In this document: piece after piece, positions 32,297 to 39,304 of the stretch
How positions within the stretch are numbered: position 1 is the stretch's first letter
Layout: every line of letters starts with the position of its first letter
Origin: an uncultured Eubacteriales bacterium
GTDB lineage: Bacteria > Bacillota > Clostridia > Saccharofermentanales > UBA5734
Length of the DNA: 44,686 nt
NCBI GenBank assembly: GCA_903919045.1
Contig: CAIXGU010000050.1
Span: forward strand, 1-44,686
Direction of reading: 5' to 3'
Program-made: the position numbers and the translations under genes
The notes under the pieces: generated by a model
Database searches by the model: none
Told to the model about the DNA's origin: nothing
What the model saw: the letters and a program-made list of their open reading frames with translations, nothing else

Positions 32297-32848
32297 ATGG
32301 ACTGCTGCTGGGGCGCGAAGGATCCCGAGATGAGGGCCTACCACGACGTCTGGGGGACGCCGGTGCACGACGACCCTACGCTCTTCGAGTTCCTCGTGCT
32401 CGAGGGATTCCAGGCCGGTCTCAGCTGGTCGACGATCCTCCACAAGAAGCCCGCCTTCGAGGCGGCGTTCGCGGGGTTCGTCCCGGAGCGCGTGGCCGCG
32501 TTCGGCGACGCCGATGTCCAGCGGCTCCTCGGGGACCCCGGGATCGTCCGCAACCGCCTGAAGATCCTCGCGGCCGTGAACAACGCGCGCTGCTTCCTCG
32601 ACGTGCAGCGGGAGCTCGGGTCGTTCGACCGATACCTCTGGGGGTTCGTCGACGGGACGCCCGTCGTCCACCACCTCGCGACGTGGTCGGACATGCCCGT
32701 CACGACGCCGCTGTCCGACCGGATCTCGAAGGACCTCGCGCGTCGCGGCTTCAAGTTCGTCGGCAGCACGATCGTGTACAGCTACCTGCAGGCGATGGGC
32801 GTCGTCGACGACCACCTGGAGGGGTGCGACCGGAAGGCGAAGGGATAG
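32297..32848 (+). CDS. tag: DNA-3-methyladenine glycosylase I
   Basis: The translation MDCCWGAKDPEMRAYHDVWGTPVHDD..LEGFQAGLSWSTIL.. parallels the Tag N-terminus. I prefer ATG 32297 to ATG 32279 because of the Tag N-terminal alignment and the upstream SD-like GGGGAAGGGGA. Confidence 0.9.
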   Translation: MDCCWGAKDPEMRAYHDVWGTPVHDDPTLFEFLVLEGFQAGLSWSTILHKKPAFEAAFAGFVPERVAAFGDADVQRLLGDPGIVRNRLKILAAVNNARCFLDVQRELGSFDRYLWGFVDGTPVVHHLATWSDMPVTTPLSDRISKDLARRGFKFVGSTIVYSYLQAMGVVDDHLEGCDRKAKG

Positions 32849-32879
32849 CCCCTCGCCTGCCGATCCGGCCCGGCGCCCG

Positions 32880-33992
32880 CTATTCGAGCAGGTGCCCCAT
32901 CTTCTCCTTTTTGGTGTCCATGTAGAAGGCGTTCGCGGGGTTCGCCGGCAGCACGATCGGCACGCGTTCGACGACGTCGAGGCCGTAGCCCGCGAGCCCC
33001 TCGATCTTGAGCGGGTTGTTCGTGAGGAGGCGGAGCTTGCGCAGCCCCAGCAAGCGCAGGATCTGCGCGCCGATGCCATAGTCGCGGGCGTCCGGCGGGA
33101 AGCCGAGGAGGACGTTGGCCTCGACGGTGTCCTTGCCGAGGTCCTGCAGCGCGTAGGCCTTGACCTTGTTGACGAGGCCGATGCCGCGCCCTTCCTGCCG
33201 CAGGTACAGCAGGACGCCGCTGCCTTCGGCCTCGATGCGCTCGAGCGCGGCGGCGAGCTGCTGGCCGCAATCGCAGCGCTTCGAGCCGAACGCGTCGCCG
33301 GTCAGGCACTCCGAGTGCACCCGGACCAGCGTCGGCGATTCGGGGTCGATCTCCCCCTTGACCAGGGCGACGTGGTGCTTTCCGGTATGCCGCTCCACGA
33401 AGGCGTGGATGCGGAAATCGCCGTGCCAGGTCGGCATCTCGGCGACGGCTTCGGCCTCGACGAGCGGGTTCGCGAGGCGCAGGGCCGCGACGACGTCGTC
33501 GAGCGTGAGCGCGAGCGGCGCCGCGCCGGGCGCGACGCAGTCCGGGCAGTCCTCCTCGCGCAGGACGACCGCGACGGGCGGCAGGCCCGCGAGGCGGCAC
33601 AGGTCGGCGGCGGCCTCGTAGACGGTCATGTTGCGGAGGACGCCCTCGCGCGTGACGGGGACGGGGAGGAGGGCGCCGCCCGGGACGAGGGCGCGGGCGC
33701 GGTCGCCTGCGAGGATCGCGCGCACGGCGTCCGCCGGGTCGTCGGAGCCCTCGGCGTGCACCGGCGCGCAGAAGCGCCGGACGCTGCGGTGCCCGATCGC
33801 TTCGGTCAGCACGGGGATCTCGAGGGCGAGCAGGGTCTCCTCGGGCACGGCGAGGACCACGCGGCCGAGTCCGGGGGTCGGGCGCTCGACCCAGCACGCG
33901 GCGGCGTGGACCGCCGCGGCGGCGCCGCCGGATTCGCGCAGGTGGATCGGGGTTCCGTTCGAGAGGGCGTCGAGGAAGGGCTGGATGTCCAT
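32880..33992 (-). CDS. GTP cyclohydrolase II fused to an N-terminal, apparently degenerate DHBP-synthase-like domain (RibBA-like)
   Basis: The C-terminal half carries RibA motifs ..RVHSECLTGDAFGSKRCDCGQQL.., ..LRQEGRGIGLVNKVKAYALQD.. and ..LLTNNP... The N-terminal half has RibB-like length and position but lacks the acidic D/E-rich motif. The start is taken at the second ATG (33992), 5 nt after AAGGAGG; ATG 33995 and the ORF start at 34028 are alternatives. Confidence 0.85.
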   Translation of the reverse strand: MDIQPFLDALSNGTPIHLRESGGAAAAVHAAACWVERPTPGLGRVVLAVPEETLLALEIPVLTEAIGHRSVRRFCAPVHAEGSDDPADAVRAILAGDRARALVPGGALLPVPVTREGVLRNMTVYEAAADLCRLAGLPPVAVVLREEDCPDCVAPGAAPLALTLDDVVAALRLANPLVEAEAVAEMPTWHGDFRIHAFVERHTGKHHVALVKGEIDPESPTLVRVHSECLTGDAFGSKRCDCGQQLAAALERIEAEGSGVLLYLRQEGRGIGLVNKVKAYALQDLGKDTVEANVLLGFPPDARDYGIGAQILRLLGLRKLRLLTNNPLKIEGLAGYGLDVVERVPIVLPANPANAFYMDTKKEKMGHLLE

Positions 33993-34096
33993 CATGTCCT
34001 CCTTCGGAGGGGGGCTTCTGCGGCTCATGGTTCGATGATACCATCAGGGAGGCGCGTGTCCGGCACGGACGGTACGGCCGGAAGGGAGGCGGCGGC

Positions 34097-34738
34097 ATGC
34101 GGATCGGAGCGAGGGAGGCCCTGCGGCGCGGCGCGTTCTTCCTGCTGTTCGTCCTCGGGACGTTTGGCTACTTCCTCACGAACCGCCTCGGGGTACTGCA
34201 GGTCCTGCCCGCGCGCATCGTCACCTGGCCGCTCGACGCGCTCGTCCCGCTCGTCCCGGCCTTCGTCGTTCCCTACCTCCTGTTCCTCCCGTACGTCGCC
34301 GGGACCGCGCTCGTCCTGTTCCTCGACCCTTCCGACCGCTACTACCGGTTCGTCTGGACCGTGTTCGCCGGGATGGCCGCCGCCACCGCCGTCTTCTTCC
34401 TGTACCCGACCGCGATGGACCGCCCGTCGCTTTCCGGCGGCGACGCCTTCACGTCCCTGCTCCGCCTCGTGTATGCGGCCGACGGGCCCTTCGACTGCCT
34501 GCCGAGCACGCACGTCTTCTATTCCGCCGTCAGCGCCTGGCATCTGCTCCGCCTCCGGCCGCGCGCCCGCGCGCTCCAGGCCGCGAGCCTCGCGTTCGTC
34601 CTGCTCGTGTGGGCCTCGACGGTCCTCGTGAAGCAGCACCACCTGCCCGACGTCCCGGCCGGCCTCGCGCTCGCGGCGGCCGCCGTCCTCGCGTTCGAGA
34701 TCCCGAAGGAGGTCCGTCCATGGCGAAGGTCCACGTAG
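34097..34738 (+). CDS. PAP2-superfamily integral membrane protein (PAP2_C / sphingomyelin-synthase-like motifs)
   Basis: The SD GGGAGG precedes the ATG. It is a polytopic membrane protein with ..CLPSTHVFYS.. and ..VKQHHLPDV.., corresponding to the PSGH and H..D motifs of PAP2. Confidence 0.75.
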   Translation: MRIGAREALRRGAFFLLFVLGTFGYFLTNRLGVLQVLPARIVTWPLDALVPLVPAFVVPYLLFLPYVAGTALVLFLDPSDRYYRFVWTVFAGMAAATAVFFLYPTAMDRPSLSGGDAFTSLLRLVYAADGPFDCLPSTHVFYSAVSAWHLLRLRPRARALQAASLAFVLLVWASTVLVKQHHLPDVPAGLALAAAAVLAFEIPKEVRPWRRST

Positions 34739-35040
34739 TCCCCGGCATCTGCGGCTTCACCGCCGACATCGAGGCGTTCTCGGAGGACGGCCAGATGTGC
34801 CGCGTCTCCGTCGTCTCCGACTGCCCGCACGTGGTGCGGTTCGCGGAGGCGCTCGCGGCGCGCGGGGAGCTCGACGCCTACGAGCAGGTCTTCGGAACGT
34901 TCGGGAAGAACGGCGTCTCCGAGGACGCCGCGCTTCTGCGGCATCCCGTGTGCACCGTCCCGGCGGGCGTGCTGAAGGCGATCGAGGTCGCGTGCGGCCT
35001 CGCGCTCCCGAAGGATTGCTCCCTGACGATCGAGAAGTAG
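34720..35040 (+). CDS. Small soluble protein with six Cys residues, function unknown
   Basis: The SD GAAGGAGG lies 7 nt before ATG 34720. It overlaps the PAP2 gene 3' end by 19 nt. The translation is MAKVHVVPGICGFTADIEAF..MCRVSVVSDCPHV..VCTVPAG..ACGLALPKDCSL... Codon bias supports this frame. Confidence 0.7.
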   Translation: MAKVHVVPGICGFTADIEAFSEDGQMCRVSVVSDCPHVVRFAEALAARGELDAYEQVFGTFGKNGVSEDAALLRHPVCTVPAGVLKAIEVACGLALPKDCSLTIEK

Positions 35041-35071
35041 GCCGGCCAGCCGCGGCGGCGCGGCGCCGGGC

Positions 35072-35554
35072 TCAGGAGACGGCGATCGCGGCGAAGCGCG
35101 CGTCGACGAAGGCGGCCAGGTCGTCCGGGCGGACGAGCAGCTGGAGTCCGCGGACGCCGGCGCTCACGGCGATGCGGTCGAAGAGGACCGCGGTCTCGTC
35201 GAGGAACGTCGGGTAGGGCCTGCGCATACCGACGGGCGAGCAGCCTCCGCGCACGTAGCCGGTGACGGGCAGCAGCTCCTTCAGCGGCAGGAGGTCGAGC
35301 GACTTGCAGCCGGCGGCCGCGGCGAGCGCCTTGCGGTCGACCTCGGCGGACACGGGGATGCACGCGACGACGATCTCGCCGCCCGCGCCGCGCAGGACGA
35401 GCGTCTTGAAGACCTCGTCCGGCGAGAGGCCGATCTTCCGCGCCACCGCCTCTCCCGACAGGTCGTCCTCGTAGACCTCGTACGCCGCGGTCCCGTAGGG
35501 GATCCCCGCCGCGTCGAGCCTGCGCATCGCGTTGGTCTTCGCCGGTTCCTTCAT
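35072..35554 (-). CDS. ybaK: Cys-tRNA(Pro)/Cys-tRNA(Cys) deacylase YbaK
   Basis: The translation ..TNAMRRLDAAGIPY.., ..EVFKTLVL.. and ..VTGYVRGGCSPVGM.. are YbaK signatures. Confidence 0.88.
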   Translation of the reverse strand: MKEPAKTNAMRRLDAAGIPYGTAAYEVYEDDLSGEAVARKIGLSPDEVFKTLVLRGAGGEIVVACIPVSAEVDRKALAAAAGCKSLDLLPLKELLPVTGYVRGGCSPVGMRRPYPTFLDETAVLFDRIAVSAGVRGLQLLVRPDDLAAFVDARFAAIAVS

Positions 35555-35628
35555 GGGGCCATCCTACCGCATCGCAGGCGTCCGCGGAAGCCGCGACCGG
35601 ACGCGCGGCGGTCTTCCGGGCCGCGCAT

Positions 35629-35657
35629 TTGACAGTTCGGCGTCCGGCGTGTAGGAT
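35629..35657 (+). promoter_or_regulatory. infC operon promoter: TTGACA, 17-nt spacer, TAGGAT
   Basis: Consensus -35 TTGACA at 35629-35634, exact 17-nt spacer, TAGGAT at 35652-35657. Confidence 0.6.
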
Positions 35658-35663
35658 GTCGAC

Positions 35664-35836
35664 GGAACAAGCAGAAGCATCCGCTTCTCACCTCGAGCGC
35701 AGCGAAGAGGTCGATAGCGTCGGAACCGCGGGGAGACCCGCGTTCGGTACAGGCGGATGCACGGAGACGGGCATCCGCCCGTCGCGTTTCATGAAAGGGA
35801 AGGTGAACGCACATCAGCCGATCGCAGGAAGGCCTG
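35664..35836 (+). promoter_or_regulatory. Structured 5' leader of infC-rpmI-rplT (candidate L20-responsive leader or attenuator)
   Basis: Three hairpins are present. The first is AGAAGC/GCTTCT (35673-35688). The second is CGCGGG-GAGA-CCCGCG (35727-35742, GNRA-type loop). The third is GGCGGATGC/GCATCCGCC (35752-35779), followed by a ..GTTT.. tract. Confidence 0.45.
35752..35789 (+). terminator. Terminator-like hairpin within the infC leader
   Basis: A 9-bp GC-rich stem (35752-35760 pairs with 35771-35779) and a 10-nt loop. A short T run lies at 35787-35789, just before the infC ribosome-binding region. Confidence 0.4.
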
Positions 35837-36331
35837 ATGATCAACGAGGAGATCCGGTTCCGGGAAGTGCGCCTGATCGACAGCGACGGGAGCATGGTCG
35901 GCGTGGTGCCGATCGGAGCGGCCCGGGCCCGCGCGGAAGAGCGGGAGCTCGACCTCGTGTGCATCTCCCCCACGGCGGAGCCGCCGGTCTGCAAGATCCT
36001 GGACTACGGCAAGTACATGTTCGAGATGGCCAAGAAGGAGCGCGAGGCCCGGAAGAACCAGAAGGTCACCGAGGTCAAGGAAGTCCAGCTCAAGCTCCGC
36101 ACCGAGGAGCACGACCTGGGGTTCAAGACGCGCAACGCCTGCCGCTTCCTGTCGGAAGGGGACCGCGTGAAGGTGGTCCTGAAGTTCCGCGGACGCGAGA
36201 TGACCTACACCAACCAGGGGTACGCGGTCATGAAGGACTTCGCCGAGGCCTGCAAGGAATTCGGCGGGATCGACCGGGAGCCCAGGGTCGAAGGACGGAA
36301 CATGATCATGTTCCTCCAGCCCAAGAAGTAG
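35837..36331 (+). CDS. infC: Translation initiation factor IF-3
   Basis: The translation MINEEIRFREVRLIDSDG..ELDLVCISP..PPVCKILDYGKYMFE..KEVQLK..EEHD.. is IF-3. A non-canonical in-frame ATC at 35813, preceded by GGGAAGGTGA, is a possible true start. Confidence 0.93.
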   Translation: MINEEIRFREVRLIDSDGSMVGVVPIGAARARAEERELDLVCISPTAEPPVCKILDYGKYMFEMAKKEREARKNQKVTEVKEVQLKLRTEEHDLGFKTRNACRFLSEGDRVKVVLKFRGREMTYTNQGYAVMKDFAEACKEFGGIDREPRVEGRNMIMFLQPKK

Positions 36332-36375
36332 ACGAACCCCGCATCGTGCGGCGATCCACGGAGGAGGAGAGACAG

Positions 36376-36573
36376 ATGCCCAAGATGAAGACCCACAGCG
36401 CGTCGAAGAAGAGGTTCAGCATCACCGGGACCGGGAAGGTCAAGCGGTCCCAGGCCTTCAAGAAGCACATCCTGAGCAAGAAGACCACGAAGCGGAAGAG
36501 GAACCTCCGGAAGTCCGTGATCGCCTCCCCCGCGAACGAAGCGACGATCAAGTCGATGATCCCGTTCAAGTAG
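36376..36573 (+). CDS. rpmI: 50S ribosomal protein L35
   Basis: The translation MPKMKTHSASKKRFSITGTGKVKR.. is the L35 N-terminus. The SD GGAGGAGGAGA lies upstream. Confidence 0.95.
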   Translation: MPKMKTHSASKKRFSITGTGKVKRSQAFKKHILSKKTTKRKRNLRKSVIASPANEATIKSMIPFK

Positions 36574-36632
36574 GCGACGAAGAGCATCCGCGGAGCCGAA
36601 GGCTCCGATGACGTCCGAGGAGGTCGAACCCG

Positions 36633-36983
36633 ATGACCCGTGTCAAGCGTTCCGTCCGCACCCGCGCCCGCCACCACCGCGTGCTGAAGCAGGCGAAGGG
36701 CTATTTCGGCAAGAAGAGCAAGCTGTTCAAGGTCGCGAACCAGCAGGTGATGAAGTCCCTGAACTACGCGTACCGCGACCGCCGCGCCAAGAAGCGCGAC
36801 TTCCGCCGCCTGTGGATCGTCCGCATCAACGCGGCCGCCCGCATGAACGGCCTGTCGTACAGCCGCTTCATGAACGGCCTCAAGAAGGCCGGCATCGCCC
36901 TCGACCGCAAGGTCCTGGCCGACATCGCCGTGCACGACGCCGCTGCGTTCAAGGCGCTGTGCGAGCGCGTCCGGTCCGCCTGA
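36633..36983 (+). CDS. rplT: 50S ribosomal protein L20
   Basis: The translation [50 protein letters not shown].. is L20. Confidence 0.96.
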   Translation: MTRVKRSVRTRARHHRVLKQAKGYFGKKSKLFKVANQQVMKSLNYAYRDRRAKKRDFRRLWIVRINAAARMNGLSYSRFMNGLKKAGIALDRKVLADIAVHDAAAFKALCERVRSA

Positions 36984-37059
36984 CGCGCGGCCGGACCGAA
37001 GCGTAGGAAAAGGAAGAAGGCGACCGGGGGACGGACGGCGACGTCCGGCCCCGGACCCG

Positions 37060-37902
37060 ATGGAGCGACCGTCTCCGTTCCGCATCGCGAGCAAGGAGAA
37101 CCGGCTGTACCGCCGGCTTCTCGCCGTGCGTTCAAGCCGTCCCGAGGAGGGCGACGGGGACCGCCTCCTCGTCGAGGGCTACCGCCTGTGCGCGGACGCC
37201 CTCGCGTCGGGGATGCGCGCGGACCTGCTCGTCCTGTCGGAGGACGTCGGGACCGACCCGCGCTCCGCGACGCTGGCCGACGCGCTGCCGGACGGCGCCG
37301 GGACGGTCCTGCTGTCCGACCCGCTGTTCCGCCGCCTCTGCCGCACCGAGGAGCCCCAGGGCTTCCTCCTTCTCCTGCCGGGTCCAGGCCTCCGGACGCT
37401 TCCGCCGGCCGCCGACCCGCAGGGGCGCTATCTCGTGCTCGAGGACGTCCGCGATCCCGGCAACGTCGGGTCGATGGTCCGCACCGCGGACGCGGCCGGG
37501 CTGTCGGCCGTCGTCTGCACGCCCGGCTGCGCCGACCCGTTCGGCGACAAGGCGCTGCGCGCGTCGATGGGCTCCGCGTTCCACCTCCCGGTGGTCCGCG
37601 CGGAGATCCCGGAGACCTGCGCGTGGCTGCGCGCGGCGGGGTTGCCCGTGGTCGCCGCCGACCTCGACGGGACGGACGCCCTCGACGGGAACGTCCCGGG
37701 GCGCGGCGCGGTGCTGGTCGGCAACGAGGCGGACGGGCTGTCCAGCCGTGCGCTCGCGGAAAGCGACCGGCGCGTGCGGATTCCCATGCCCGGACGGGCG
37801 GAATCCCTGAACGCGGCGGCCGCGGCCGCCGTCCTGGTCTACGAGATGCTCCGGGCCTCGCGGAAGGCGCCGGATGCGGGCGAACGGCCCGCGGTCCGCT
37901 GA
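37060..37902 (+). CDS. TrmH/SpoU-family RNA 2'-O-methyltransferase (YsgA-like, downstream of rplT as in Bacillus)
   Basis: SpoU motifs are ..LEDVRDPGNVGSMVRTADAAG.., ..VLVGNEADGLS.. and ..IPMPGRAESLNAAAAAAVLVYE... No obvious SD is present, so the start is less certain. Confidence 0.85.
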   Translation: MERPSPFRIASKENRLYRRLLAVRSSRPEEGDGDRLLVEGYRLCADALASGMRADLLVLSEDVGTDPRSATLADALPDGAGTVLLSDPLFRRLCRTEEPQGFLLLLPGPGLRTLPPAADPQGRYLVLEDVRDPGNVGSMVRTADAAGLSAVVCTPGCADPFGDKALRASMGSAFHLPVVRAEIPETCAWLRAAGLPVVAADLDGTDALDGNVPGRGAVLVGNEADGLSSRALAESDRRVRIPMPGRAESLNAAAAAAVLVYEMLRASRKAPDAGERPAVR

Positions 37903-37921
37903 AGGCGGAGAGGGAGGTCCC

Positions 37922-38530
37922 ATGCAGGTCATCGTGATCGGCTGCGGCAAGGTGGGCTCGTCGCTCGCGCGGCAGCTCGTGGAGGCGGGAAACGACGTCG
38001 TGATCATCGAGAGCGACCGGAACCTCCTCACGAACGCCGACGACATCGACTGCATCAAGATCAACGGCATCCCGATCGACAAGGACGTCCTGAAGAGCGC
38101 GGGCATCGAGACGGCGGACGCCGTCTGCGCCGTCACCTCGGACGACAACATGAACATCATGACGTCGCAGGTGGCGCGCGAGATCTTCAAGGTCCAGAAC
38201 GTCGTGGCGCGCATCTTCAACCCCGGAAGCCGCGAGCTGTTCGAGGAGTTCGGGCTCGAGACGATCTGCTCGACGAGCCTCACCGTGGACGCGATCCTCC
38301 GGACGCTCAGCGGCGAGGAGGAGGAGGAGATCCACATGCTCGGCGGCGAGGACATGGTCCTCACGACGGTCGCTGCGGAGCCCTCCGAGACCGGGATGGC
38401 CGTCGAGGAGTATTCGGGCGTCCACGGGAAGCACGTCCTCGGGCTCGTCCGGAACGGGCGCCGCATCCTCGCGATGCCCGGCGTGCGGATCGAGAAGGGC
38501 GACCGGGTCATCCTCGCCGCGCTCCTGTAG
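37922..38530 (+). CDS. trkA: Trk/Ktr potassium uptake system, RCK (NAD-binding) subunit, copy 1
   Basis: The SD GGGAGG precedes ATG 37922. The Rossmann motif ..VIVIGCGKVGSSLA.. and an RCK_C-like C-terminus are present. Confidence 0.88.
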   Translation: MQVIVIGCGKVGSSLARQLVEAGNDVVIIESDRNLLTNADDIDCIKINGIPIDKDVLKSAGIETADAVCAVTSDDNMNIMTSQVAREIFKVQNVVARIFNPGSRELFEEFGLETICSTSLTVDAILRTLSGEEEEEIHMLGGEDMVLTTVAAEPSETGMAVEEYSGVHGKHVLGLVRNGRRILAMPGVRIEKGDRVILAALL

Positions 38531-38554
38531 AGCGCATCGAAAGGCGGAAGTCAC

Positions 38555-39214
38555 ATGCGGATCCTCATCATCGGCGGCGGCAAGCTCGCGTACTACCTCG
38601 TCAAGACGCTCCAGCCCGGGCAGCACGACATCACCGTCGTCGAACGGCGCATGGAGATCTGCGAGCGCATCGCGACCGACTTCAACGCCGAGGTCTACAA
38701 CGGGGACGGGACGAACATCGCGCTGCTCGAGCAGGCGGGCGCGGCCGAGATGGACATCCTGATCGCGCTCACCGGCAAGGACGAGAGCAACCTGATCGCG
38801 AGCGAGATCGCGAAGAAGAAGTTCGGCATCCGCACGACGGTCGCGAAGGTCAACAACCCCAAGAACATCGAGATGTTCGAGCGCCTGGGCGTCGACCGCT
38901 CGGTGTCGAGCACGCAGATCGTGGCCGACCTGATCGAGCAGGAGGTCGAGTACCACGGGATGCGGGTCGCGATGACCGTGAAGGGCACGACGAAGGTGAT
39001 CGTCGAGTTCGCGCTCTCGCCCCGTTCGTCCGCCGTGGGCAAGCGGATCCGCGACAACGACTTCGCGGGCCAGAGCAAGATCGTGCTGCGCACGACGCCC
39101 GGAGGGGCGGTCGAGATCCCGACCGGCGACACGATGCTGGCGGAAGGGGACACCCTGATGATGGTCTGCGACCGCGGCCAGCTCGACGCCGTCTGGAAGG
39201 CGATGGTCCGCTAG
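38555..39214 (+). CDS. trkA: Trk/Ktr potassium uptake system, RCK (NAD-binding) subunit, copy 2
   Basis: The Rossmann motif ..ILIIGGGKLAYYL.., then ..DGTNIALLEQAG..ALTGKDESNL.., and an RCK_C-like C-terminus are present. Confidence 0.88.
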   Translation: MRILIIGGGKLAYYLVKTLQPGQHDITVVERRMEICERIATDFNAEVYNGDGTNIALLEQAGAAEMDILIALTGKDESNLIASEIAKKKFGIRTTVAKVNNPKNIEMFERLGVDRSVSSTQIVADLIEQEVEYHGMRVAMTVKGTTKVIVEFALSPRSSAVGKRIRDNDFAGQSKIVLRTTPGGAVEIPTGDTMLAEGDTLMMVCDRGQLDAVWKAMVR

Positions 39215-39247
39215 GCCGGACGGTCCGCCGGCGGCCCGTCCCATGGA

Positions 39248-39277
39248 GAAGGCCCGTCCCTTGCGGGGCGGGCCTTC
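39248..39277. terminator. 13-bp GC-rich hairpin between convergent trkA and trkH (candidate bidirectional terminator)
   Basis: GAAGGCCCGTCCC at 39248-39260, loop TTGC, GGGGCGGGCCTTC at 39265-39277 (one G-T wobble). No U-tract. Confidence 0.5.
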
Positions 39278-39304
39278 CTGCGTTCCAGGAGCGCTCCGCA
39301 GGGG

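Noticed and set aside
34029-34096. An FMN riboswitch upstream of the RibBA-like gene.
   Set aside because: The divergent spacer is far too short for the FMN aptamer plus an expression platform, and no conserved FMN-element segments are visible.
36969-36996. A hairpin spanning the rplT stop codon as an operon terminator, and the small CGGAGCC/GGCTCCG hairpin between rpmI and rplT (36591-36607).
   Set aside because: The first needs a bulge and a wobble pair, overlaps coding sequence and has no U-tract. The second is only 7 bp with a 3-nt loop. Either could form in vivo, but the evidence is too weak to annotate.
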